From assembly GCA_009103225.1 (NCBI GenBank), contig RHPI01003156.1, forward strand, positions 1,328,552 to 1,392,551: DNA of 64,000 nt. The letters run 5' to 3'. Positions 54,505-64,000 of this stretch are shown here, in pieces; the stretch's first letter is position 1; every line of letters starts with the position of its first letter. Made by a program: the position numbers and the translations under genes. The notes under the pieces were generated by a model. The model was not told the DNA's origin and searched no databases. It saw only the letters and a program-made list of their open reading frames with translations. Origin of the DNA: Chlorokybus atmophyticus (lineage: Eukaryota; Plantae; Mesostigma and Chlorokybus algae).

Positions 54505-57398
54505 TCAATCAACTCTACAACTGTCAATGCTCGAAAACTTGCCACATGGCTTCTGCTTCTGCTCATGCAAAAGATCCAGTTGTCGCGCTACCTCGTCTTC
54601 ACTTACACCCTCCTTCATTGTCAACTTTTTAATGGCTTTGTACAAGACATTGCACTTGCCATAATGCGTCTTCATTCTGTTGTCGGCAACGCGCCATGTG
54701 GTCTTGAACCTCGCCTTCAAATCGCGCACGGCAGGACCACCATCAATCCCCTCGCTGAACTCCTTCAAAACAGCTGCAACTGTTGGCAACTTCAGCTTCA
54801 ACTGGTATATGACAGGTACAGTGTGATGCAGCTGAATTGGTTGGTGTTGCATCGTCGTGTGCTTTTGGCTCGTTCGCTCGTGCTCGTTTGCGCGAAGGAG
54901 ACTTCGTAACATCAGGGTACATAGAATCTGAGGATGGTGTTTGCCTCTTTGGCAAAGGAACATTGAGACCGCTGTGAAGGTTCTCAATGAGGCTCGTGAC
55001 CGTGTTCAGCGCCTTGGTTTCTGCAAATTCTGTCTCTATAATGGAGTTTAAGCGTTGCACCTTGCTTGCGACATCAATACTGCGATCTGAAGTGGTGGTT
55101 TACAGCGCATAGCTCCCTTGCAGTATCAAGGCCAACTGTGAACAAGCAGTAGATAAGCATCATAACAAACCAATGTTGCATACACACGCATTTAAAAAAA
55201 ACCGACGCACACATATGCTTACCCGATCAGGTAAGTCTTGATACTCAGTTCGTTCCTCTTGCATGAACAAATTGTGCGCGATGACAACGGGAGTCGCCCA
55301 CTCCTTAAACTCCAAGTTGTTGAATATGTTGTGGTTGCAGATGGCGAGCGCATCAAGGCCTAGGATGCTCAAGCCCATTAATTGCACTCTGTCGCTGCGC
55401 ATAATGGCTACGTCCTGCAGCAAACAATGTAAAGACCGTGTTTTATTAGATATGCCTTGTATGGTTGATCTAATTGAGTGAACAAACCTGAGCAATCACG
55501 TTGCGAAAATTATCTAGCATCTGAAGATGCTTTCGGCTACCAAGTCCTTAACCCCTCCTTCCAAATTGCGTTGTGAAATAAAAGTTCAAAATGCATTGGT
55601 CACATTACAAGCATATTTTCAAGTTTGCAAACTAATAGTAGTACCTGCAGAACTTCGGCAAAGCGCTGGTGAAGATTGGGAAAAATCTTTTAGTGAAATG
55701 CGTCTGGTAATGTGAACCTGGACCGAGCAAGGATAAGTTTTGTGTCAAGGCTGCGAGGACCATAACCAGCCACCATTGCACATGTAGACACATGCAACTG
55801 TGTGCAGTATGATTCAATTGGTCATTGTTCCAGCGACCGTTCTGCTTTACTCCGTCTTTAGAAGCCCTGCACACAGCTAGGTTAACACACGCGCAAACAT
55901 GTATGTGTGCTATATGTACAGGGCATCAAAAATGGTTAATCATTGTTTATTAACGCTGCGTTGATGGCTTATTGCGCGAAGCCCTTGCCCGCAGCATGCA
56001 CATGTGCTGCCTGTGACAACTTTGCACGCTCTGCTAACTTCGCGCTGGCGTTGCCATTGTTGTCGGTGATGGGCTCACCTGGCTTCATGCCAGGAAACAC
56101 GTGCGTGCCATACCTGCACTCCACATTTTGTATGAATGTGGGCACAACGACAGCAGTAATGTGGACCACACACATGCCCGCAGTAACAACACATTTAGAG
56201 CAATTCAGCTCTTACCACGATTGCTTGCTTTTAAATGTGGGGAATGGCGCTTGAGCAAAATGAAACCTGTAAAAGAAATGGAAAGCTAAAGCGTTGTGGA
56301 AGTCCATGATGGGATTCCAATTGCGCAGGCCCCCAAAGTACTCCACATTGCCATTTACCACAGTAGCTTTTGGCATTAGTTTTTGACATGTACTTTTTTT
56401 TTTGCAGATGTCCAACCTCAAGAATTTAGAACCTCACCTTATTCATTGTGCCGGTGCGCGAGATGAAGCATAGCATGACCCCGTGGTCCGGACCTAAGAC
56501 TTTAATAGGGACGTCATACTTTTAGAAGTCACATTCCTCAACCGCGCGACATACATCCCCTCTGGATATACAAGTGTGCCGCATGATCAGGTTCAAGCTG
56601 TTGTGTAACACAAACTGGTTGCATTTGAAGTCATCGCAACCATGCAGTGGGGCCAACAATAGAACAGGGTCAGAAAGTTATACCGGGCATTCAAAGCAAC
56701 TTGCTTGATCTCATTGCTAGTACTGGCACTCTTACGCAGCCAATATTCACCCATGTTGAAGTAATCGTCCTGGGTGTACCCCTCAGCATCGGTGCCTGCT
56801 AGCCGTCCATGAAATTCCTTGAAAAGGACAATACAGTAAGCGCAATATTTCAACTCACACTCCTTGTATAATATATACTTCAAGCCCGTGCAAGTTCACC
56901 AATCTAACTTCTTGGCTATGTCGCTTATGCTTCGCCTTGCATCAATGAGCACTTGCTTGACAATAGGGCTGCGCCTACAGTAAAGAGGAGTAGTACCATG
57001 CCCATCCCTCATCGCCTGGTCCTTAGCTGCATCCTATACACTTTTGATAATGTTTTCCAACACACTCTATCTTCGATGCTGATGTGCCAGCATGAACTTC
57101 TTCACAGCCGCCACTTGAATACGCTCACCAAGCTGTTGCTGTATGCACCACTCATAAACACGACACGAAGTTGATGTTAACGTTACAGTAATACATTCCA
57201 ACGCGCATGCGTGCAACTTACCTTGTATTGCTTCAAGCCTCGATCATACTTGCTGCTTCCGTTCTTTGGGCGCTGCTTTTGCTTTCTGCTGAGCAAGTCA
57301 TCAATGTTGAGTGGTCGTGGATCATGTGCTGTAGCCTCCTCTTGCTGACCATCGTTGTTGTCAATATGGGTCTCCCCTTTGCTATTGTCATCGGTCAT
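54505..57398 (-). mobile_element. Decayed CryptonF-like DNA transposon gene: Ndc10-II-type tyrosine recombinase plus C-terminal GCR1_C DNA-binding domain, spliced, pseudogenised
   Basis: Spliced, stop-interrupted translation: AGTDAEGYTQDD; LNLIMRHTCISRGD (catalytic Arg); NGNVEYFGGLRNWNPIMDFHNALAFHFFYRFHFAQAPFPTFKSKQSW|Y; HVHAAGKG; KQNGRWNNDQL[frameshift]SY (catalytic Tyr)..MVAGYGP; LLQDVAIM; GCR1_C-like YQLKLKLPTVAAVLKEFSEGIDGGPAVRDLKARFKTTWR. Five in-frame TAA/TAG stops and at least two frameshifts. Confidence 0.8.
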
Positions 57399-57619
57399 GC
57401 TTGCCTGCAACAGTGCATGCTAAGACATCGCATATGAGAGCAATAGCATGTCCATATTGGTGCGGCTTCAGTCACAATGCAATGCTTGCCATAATTGCAC
57501 TTACTTGGGATTGCAAGCAACATAACGCAACTGCCATAGCGGGGAACATGCTCCATCTTGTTGGTGGATTGCGTCGGCGTTGATGGTGATGATGTTGTGC
57601 AGAAGCAGCAATAATGCTC

Positions 57620-58080
57620 AACAAGTGTTGCAATAATGGCAATGAGGGAGCATGTGACTCGCCCACGCTGCTAACCAATGTCGCCAACCTCCCCACGTTG
57701 CGCCAACGCAATGCCCGCGTGAGCAAGGGTGCTGGACCCCATGCACTCAACTCATTATCAAGGGTCGGCATGTGATTTGCAACCAGCATAAAGAGTTAAG
57801 CAAATAGATACCTTGGGCCGCCATCTATATGATGGGTAAGGTCCAATCCTTAAGAGCTAATCTCAAACTGTGCCGTGCCACTGGAACTTGCGAGCAGGCA
57901 CTTGAAGGCACTTGACAATGCATCATGGCAATCTGCTTGAGTGTTATCTGGCAGTGAAAGCAACAAAAGAGGAGTCACAAGCACGCAAATTGCACGTTGC
58001 AAGGGAAAAGCATGCACTGCCTGTCTGTCACAAGCGAATTGCTCATCTCAGCTGTATGCATGTGAACATACCCACAACAT
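57620..58080 (+). mobile_element. Highly degenerate Ty1/copia pol remnant (protease end to GAG-pre-integrase region)
   Basis: Fragments in different frames: VQSLRANLKLCRAT (resembles copia VPEL.ANL.SV..AT) and EKHALPVCHKRIAHLS (resembles the LWH.RL.HL pre-integrase motif). Short and broken. Confidence 0.4.
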
Positions 58081-58183
58081 CACTATAGACAACATGATCG
58101 TACCAGGCCAGTGTTATAGTGGGCCAAGGTGAGTGGTGTTCACATCCTCCCTACTTGCAACACCTGCACGATGTGTCATTTGG

Positions 58184-58725
58184 TGTAATGAAAAGGTACA
58201 CAAAATTACCATAAATCGACCATACAAGCACCAAGTCTTTTGTGGTCGAGTGGGCTGTGACATTGGTCATCGGAGCTTGAGACCCGGGTACGATTCCTGC
58301 CTTGCACACGAATTCCGTGGTCGTTGTTTTTCGATCCAATAACATCGGAAATGGTCACTTTATAAGTGCCATCATTGATGCGTCGCGACTTGCCTAATGG
58401 CAGTTGCGCCGAACTGACTAGTTTAGTCGGCACGACAGGGCGCGACCTGCCTATCGCGGCGACGCAACCTGTGGGGCCGGCAGCGGTGCGCTATGCGCGC
58501 GTTGACCGGTATGGGCCCAAATTGGCCGGTCCTTGGGCGGTGGGGCCGGTGACCGACCCTAATCAGACCCCTGGGATGATTCCCCAGCTGATGCAAGCCT
58601 GCTGCCGAGGACGTCAGCGTTCTTAAGTGGGGGGGAATGTAACGGGAAGGTACATTAAATTACCACAAATTGGCCATAAAAGCACCAAGTCTTTTGTGGT
58701 CGAGTGGGCTGTGACATTTGGTCAT
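58184..58725 (+). mobile_element. TRIM-like non-autonomous LTR element: LTR1 about 58184-58344, non-coding interior, polypurine tract, LTR2 from 58638 (truncated or diverged after 58725)
   Basis: Two direct repeats both start TGTAA and align over about 87 nt with about 10 differences. AAGTGGGGGGGAA (58625-58637) abuts the second TG exactly as a PPT would. LTR1 can end in AATAACA at 58344. No ORF in the interior. Confidence 0.7.
58236..58308 (+). other. tRNA-like Pol III type-2 promoter inside the TRIM LTR
   Basis: A-box-like TGGTCGAGTGG at 58243-58253 and B-box-like GGTACGATTCC at 58287-58297 are offset by 44 nt, the same as tRNA positions 8 and 52. Partial T-stem; the acceptor stem does not pair. 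Confidence 0.6.
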
Positions 58726-59262
58726 TATAACTTTGATGCAAGCGTGTTCATGCTGCGTCGCAAATTTTACACGGTGACTGACTAAGGACTGAGGGACTGA
58801 CTGGTGCCTGAGCCTGCCTGTCGCTGCCTGAAATATTACTTTTGCATTGTTGGGTTTGCCGTTGGCTTAAGTGGACTGACGCAGACGGCCGCGGGCCGAA
58901 AGTGGTTGTCAGTGGCACTAACCGGCCAAGAGTTGTCAACCAGTTACCCTTTGGTCGATGTGCACAGACGGCCGTTAGCCGGTAGTTACGGACAGCTGAC
59001 AGCAATAGCCGGCAGTTTCTTTGCCGTTACACTGCTGTTAATATGTGACCCTTGCCGTTTGACAAAAGTTGGCACATCTTGCCGTAAGCCAACACTAACA
59101 TGCCATGCAGCTTGTACAAACCTTGGACTGATTGTTTGGTCTTGCACCTAAAAGCCCACAATAAATACAATGTACGGGCAGTGGTGAGAGTATGTCCACG
59201 TACAACTGAGCAGCCGACTTGCGCATTGAACTACCCTATAACATTGAGTCTAGCTGTTGGAC

Positions 59263-60343
59263 TCATGCGCAGCTTGTCAACCCGTGGTGCCTCAGAACTC
59301 CTCCCCAAACCCCCTCCTCCTGTTCCTCCTCCAACGAGTCTTCCCCTTCAACGCCGGAGTCATCTTCATCCGCTGCCTCGCTCGCTGACAGTACAGCGGC
59401 TACTTCGTCCTTCAGCTTGAATGTCAGCGCCTCGCCGTGCACGCGCATGCGCTTGATGGTCGCTTTGAGAGTGACCACCTGCATTTGGTAATGCTGTAAG
59501 AGTGGCGTGCTGCCAGAGGACTAGCCCATCAGCATACACACGCTTACCTCGTCTTCCGCTTTGTTGCACTCCGGCAGGCAGACAGTCAGCCTGCCGCGCT
59601 GCTCTTGGTTCACTCTGACCAACATGACAATCTGCAAGCATACTGCTTAATTACCGCTGGAAACATTAAACTAGGTCATGGATTACCCGTTCGTGGTACT
59701 CCGCAGCTTCTGTTTTGCGACTTGTGAGCTCCCGCAAGTAGAAATAGGCTGTGCATTTGCGAGATTGGTCATGCTGTTCATGTGCATGACACTGGAGGTT
59801 GTGCATGAGGGTGTGCATGTCGTATTGACAATGTATGTCAAGTGCAAGATACTTGAGGCTGTGCATGTGCAAGATAAAAGAACCCTAGCATGTGGCATTG
59901 ACAGTGCATCGTAACCCACCTTGGTTATGCCAGTCTTGTTTGGTCCCTTCAATCATGTCGCCGTGGTCGCAGCTGCTGGTGGGTCGGATTTTCTTAGGGG
60001 CAGTATTGTGGTGTGCATTTGCCCACTCGGAGGGGGAGCCCTGTAAGATATCGCCCGAGTCACTGTTGTCATTGGATGTGCCCTTGGTAGTCTTGGTGGG
60101 GTTTGACACCGAGGACACCCCTCCGACACCCTGCCCGCCATGTGCGAACATGGAATTCATCCCGGACCTCGACCACGATGCCACTACGCCCTTGGTAGCG
60201 CCGCCAACGATCCTCCAAACGCCACATACCCTCGGCATCACGCCCCTGTAAGGGCATAGCCTGGCGGAGCTATCAATGGTGTTTTCATGCGCAGGGGGAC
60301 TGACATTGCCAGAGTTGTCAATGGTACGAACTGCCATTGCCAT
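59263..60343 (-). CDS. Spliced ORF of unknown function, divergent from the Plavaka transposase (putative second gene of the element); 4 exons, acidic C-terminus
   Basis: GT-AG joins keep frame: ..DMIEGTKQDWHNQ|AYFYLRELTSRKTEAAEYHER|IVMLVRVNQEQRGRLTVCLPECNKAEDE|VVTLKATIKRMRVHGEALTFKLKDEVAAVLSASEAADEDDSGVEGEDSLEEEQEEG..CA*. The start codon is uncertain (first in-frame ATG at 60343). Confidence 0.5.
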
Positions 60344-60519
60344 TGTACAAAGGTACCATTTCAATGGTACCTTTGTACAATGCCTAGACCTTTTGGCAAA
60401 GGCATCTTCGTACCATTGAAACGGTTCAATCAGAATATATATGTATATAAAAATATCCAGAGACTCACCCTGGACGTGCAATGGCTCGTTCGTACCATTA
60501 TAATGGTACGACGGAGCCA
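60320..60519. repeat. Cluster of six AATGGTAC motifs forming two hairpins or palindromes
   Basis: Perfect 20-bp inverted repeat 60341-60360 / 60363-60382 with a 2-nt loop. Perfect 20-bp palindrome CGTACCATTATAATGGTACG at 60491-60510. Single copies at 60320 and 60410. Confidence 0.9.
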
Positions 60520-60575
60520 GTGACTGGCGGCCAAGTTTCCCGCCTCTGGCATGCAAGGGTAGCGGTAGCGGTGGC

Positions 60576-60607
<32 letters not shown>

Positions 60608-60674
60608 GTGTGCGTGTTGCTGGATATGATGCAGGTTACATTGGCGACACCTGTGTCGACGTTAGTAGTGAGAT

Positions 60675-63209
60675 ATGGGAGTCCTTTGTCCGTATTGCCA
60701 CATGCGCTTCGCCACACGCAGCTCGGTCTACATGCACATTATTAGCAGCAGGGTGTGCAAGCAGATCAAGCTGTATGTTGGCCAGCGTTCATTACAGTAC
60801 GATGCGGGTCATGTTGAACCGGGGAGTTCAATCCAGGATGCTCACATGCTTGATGCTGAAGGATTCCTCTAGGAGACACACGCACAGCAGCAACAGCAGG
60901 AGGAGGAAATGAACGAGGGCTTTCGATGTGTGCGTGTGCCTGAGAAACCTGTGGCACGCCAACATGGAAGTGGAGGCGTCCCTTCGCACGCGTCGGAATC
61001 CAGGTGGTATGGCTCGGAGCATGCTCTTGCAGTGGCATTCGTGCAGTGCAACAACGGCCAAGGCCTGTCGGCCTCCGACATGGGGCGGATCATCAAGTGC
61101 ATCCGAAATGCACACTTCCTGACGGAAGAGCTCCAGTGGGAGACCGGTGTGCATGTGGCCAGCTACCTCCGGACCACGATTGCTTTCTCTCAGTCTGAGG
61201 TGTGTTCACGGTGTGCGGTGCATATGCTAAAAACCATCAGAGCCATGTCACATATGCACATGCGAGTGTGCTGCCGTATCAGAACTACGTGACGGCTGAC
61301 CTGCGCAAGCCTGGAGACCCTGAGAATCAGGACATCTGCGTCACATATATGCCGGCCAAGGTCTGTAAAATGCAGTACCTAATGCAGTATCGATGCAGTA
61401 TCTATTCTGAGGCCAGCATAGTAAGTAATGCTCTTGGTCGGAGCAGGTATGGCTCGCGCGGTTGTATGGCAATCCACATGCCGCCAATGGCTTCAATCTC
61501 CAGTACACTGGTGACGAGCACAGCTTTGGCCATCCTTCCACGGGCGATTGGTGGAAGGATGTGGAGGTGGATTTGAGGAGAGAGGTGGGGGAAGCGTCGT
61601 ACTTGGCGCCTGCCATTCTGTACAGTGACAAGACCACGCTGGACATCGCGGGCAAGCGCTCTGGCTACCCTCTGATGGCATCGCTTGCCAACTACAGTTG
61701 GGACATGTATGCTAGCAACATGGGGGTTGTAATGATAGCGCTTCTGCCGGTGGTTCACGCAGTGGCCGGGCATCCCACCTGGGCGCAGGGCAAGGAATCG
61801 ATCTCCATTCGGAAACGTGAGATTTTTCATGACGCTTTAAATGTAGTGTTAGGGGATGTGAAGCGGGCGAGTTGGGAAGGTCTGCAGCTCATCGACCCGA
61901 ATGGCATCGAGCGTCGTGTGTTTCCCGCGCTTGCCAACTACATCAGCGATTTGCAGGTAGTGGGCATGAATGGTTGTAACCGGATGCAGCCTGCCAGCAA
62001 ACAGTGCATGGAGGATGTTGTCAGTAAAATATCTGAGTTTGTCGTGTTGTAGGAGACTGCCACACTCGCACGCACTGTGTCGGGCAACCAAACACGACAT
62101 CCTTGCGATGTTTGTCTCGTCACCAAATCAGATCTGTTGGAGATGGATGAGGACTGGGAATTGAGAACCGAGGCCTGCTACACACCAGCAATACGTCAGC
62201 TGCGGGCGGACCTGCATAGCGGTGTTAGGAATGCACGCCAGACAGCCAAGCCTTTCAAAGAGCAGCACTCCATGCATGTCGAGGAGGTAATGGTCAAATT
62301 ATCGGCATTTGTGAGGATGAATGGCTTTTCGTGAAACCAGGCAATGTGGTTTGGCAACAAAATGCACTGTGGGGTTGGCGACAGTCGCGGGTGCCGGGAG
62401 CTGACTGCTACTCTCGTCTTGCCCCTGACGCAATGCATGTGCTGGGAGGCATCATTGACCACCTGCTTGCTGCTGTGTACGACGCCGCGAAGGAACGAAT
62501 GCGTCCATCCACGAGACAGATTCTGCAGGCCAGCCACGTCTTTGGTGTTGCTTTTGTGTTGAACACAAAAGCCAACAACACGTGCTCACGAGCAGATGTG
62601 CACAGGCTAGATGCATGCAAGGCGACTCTGCGGGTTTCGCACTTCAAGGCACCCACAAGCACAGTAGATCTCTTCCCGTCCGACCACTCCTTTTAGGTGG
62701 TGGAGAAAGTGGCGGTGCTGCAGCTGCTGCCGGTCCTCGCAGACGGTTTGCTGCTCGATAGTGAGGGCAACGATTTCTTTACCATTGCTGCCGCATCGCT
62801 TGCCCGGTGGAACAAGATGTTGCTCAAGGCGCATGAACACACAAAAGAGACCCTGACCACAGCCGACAACGAGCTGGCTGCCTTCAAAGCTGCAGTGTTG
62901 CATCCGCTACTGTCGTCATATTCTGCACAGAAATCAGGTTGGAAGATCGAGAAGATGCATCAGCTCACTCATTTTGGGCCGGCAATTGTCAGCAGTGGAC
63001 ACCTAGATTGGTTCAGCGCCAACCGCATCGAGCAGACGCACGCCCAAAATATCAAACGGTGGGCGCGTGGTGGCAACAACCGGGACTACCAGGCACGTAT
63101 CCTGAAGGCATGGAGCTGTGCGGAATATGTGAGAGAGGATGGCATGGTCGTGGATCCCGAGATGCACTCGGTCATGGCGCAGGCGCGGCAGCAGTGCTGT
63201 AATTGTTGA
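60675..63209 (+). mobile_element. Plavaka-type (CACTA/EnSpm-related) DDE transposase gene with N-terminal zinc finger, spliced, pseudogenised
   Basis: CPYCHMRF..YMHIISSRVC zinc finger; GHPSTGDWW; PAILYSDKTTLDIAGKRSGYPLMASLAN (first Asp); ALANYISDLQ|ETATLA (second Asp); HPCDVCLV; LAPDAMHVLGGII; WKIEKMHQLTHFGPAIVSSG..FSANRIEQTH..IKRWARGGNNRDYQARI (Glu). In-frame TAG at 60870 and 62694, and a likely damaged acceptor near 62358. Confidence 0.78.
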
Positions 63210-63312
63210 AGGACTAGCATGCACATGTAGTTGAGGCAAGCATAGATGCACAGAGACAGAGCTACCGCCACCAGAGCATACACAAGTCACATCACATTCA
63301 TCTATTACAAGT

Positions 63313-63627
63313 TGTCCGCTGGTTCTTATACCAGCCAGTTACACACACGTCTACGTTTGCAAGCACTGCGTAAGCTATACTCAGCCGTTTGACGCGCTCT
63401 AAGCTGTGTTGTCTTCCTTACAACCAGAGCTTTCCAACAAGCTCTTACACGCCTAATATGAGTAAGTATACGCGGAGATACGAAGCAGTTAGTAAGGCTC
63501 CAGTCTGGAGTCCGGAGTCTGGTCCGACGATGCCATCTTGCTAAGTCCGGACCTAGTGCTCGTCCTTACGACCTTCTACTCCTGTGTGGAGGGTCGATGC
63601 TGATCGTATGTAGGAATACTCTCGACA
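63313..63627 (-). mobile_element. 3' LTR (about 315 bp) of a Ty1/copia retrotransposon
   Basis: On the minus strand the PPT-like GCGTGGGAG is followed by TGTCG at 63627, and the segment can end in CGGACA at 63313, giving TGTC/GACA inverted ends. It lies directly downstream of the RNase H ORF. Confidence 0.6.
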
Positions 63628-63669
63628 CTCCCACGCGAGCAGCTTGACCTCCAACGCTTGCTCCTGTAG

Positions 63670-64000
63670 TCAAACACAGATGCCAAGTCCTGCACAACAA
63701 GTCTTGAACTTAAGTGGTGACAATGGCTTTGTCATGAAGTCCGCCAGCATGCGTTCGGTGTTGCAGTACTGGAACTCCACCTCCTTCCTTGTGACTCTGT
63801 CACGCACAAAGTGATGCATGACATCAATGTGCTTCGTCCTTGCCGAGGCGATAGGATGCTTCAACAACTTGATGGCTCCTTGGTTGTCACAGTTGATGAC
63901 GATGCACGCCATGGGGTGCTCCAAGTCTGCCATGAGCTTGCGAAGCCAGAGTGCCTCCTTCACTGCTGCTGCCGCTGCCATGTACTCAGCCTCTGATGTA
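63670..64000 (-). mobile_element. Ty1/copia pol C-terminus (RNase H); continues beyond the window
   Basis: EAEYMAAAAAVKEALWLRKL..IVINCDNQGAIKLLKHP..SARTKHIDVMHHFVRDRV..YCNTERMLADFMTKPL is the canonical copia RNase H motif set. The frame is open. Confidence 0.95.

Noticed and set aside
58236-58308. Functional tRNA gene
   Set aside because: The A and B boxes are correctly spaced, but the acceptor stem does not pair and the anticodon arm is not canonical. Treated as a tRNA-derived promoter in an LTR.
58184-58725. CRISPR array or simple tandem repeat
   Set aside because: Only two long repeat copies with a PPT before the second, in a eukaryotic context, with no repeat-spacer periodicity.
54505-63209. 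Alternative genetic code (TAA/TAG = Gln) explaining the TE stops
   Set aside because: Host genes here terminate normally at TAA/TAG (RPL19, PUM24, IleRS, KatG), and the Crypton also has frameshifts, so decay is the simpler explanation.

Overview
Eukaryotic nuclear DNA with short GT-AG introns rich in CA/GT/ATGC repeats. Inference: a green plant-lineage alga, probably an early-diverging flagellate streptophyte (Chlorokybus-like). Support: plant-type RPL19/RPL18/RUB, a plastid TGD3 with transit peptide, TTTAGGG telo-boxes and a flagellar DRC12-like gene. Bases 1-52.5 kb are gene-dense, with 15 intron-containing genes in almost perfect strand alternation: ALDH1L(+, 5' partial), DRC12-like(-), RPL19(+), RING/TRAF-ZnF E3(-), PUM24(+), SmD3(-), STI1-domain(+), WDR6(+), CAP-D2(-), RUB/NEDD8(+), RPL18(-), bacterial-like transglutaminase-fold gene(+), TGD3(-), cytosolic IleRS(+) and a secreted catalase-peroxidase(-). 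Bases 53-64 kb are a nest of mobile elements: a decayed CryptonF-type tyrosine-recombinase transposon, a Copia remnant, a TRIM whose LTR carries a tRNA-like Pol III promoter, a Plavaka-type transposon with a second divergent spliced gene and a palindromic intergenic region, and a Copia element inserted at the right edge. All gene models were spliced by eye and all family assignments come from remembered motifs; no searches were run.
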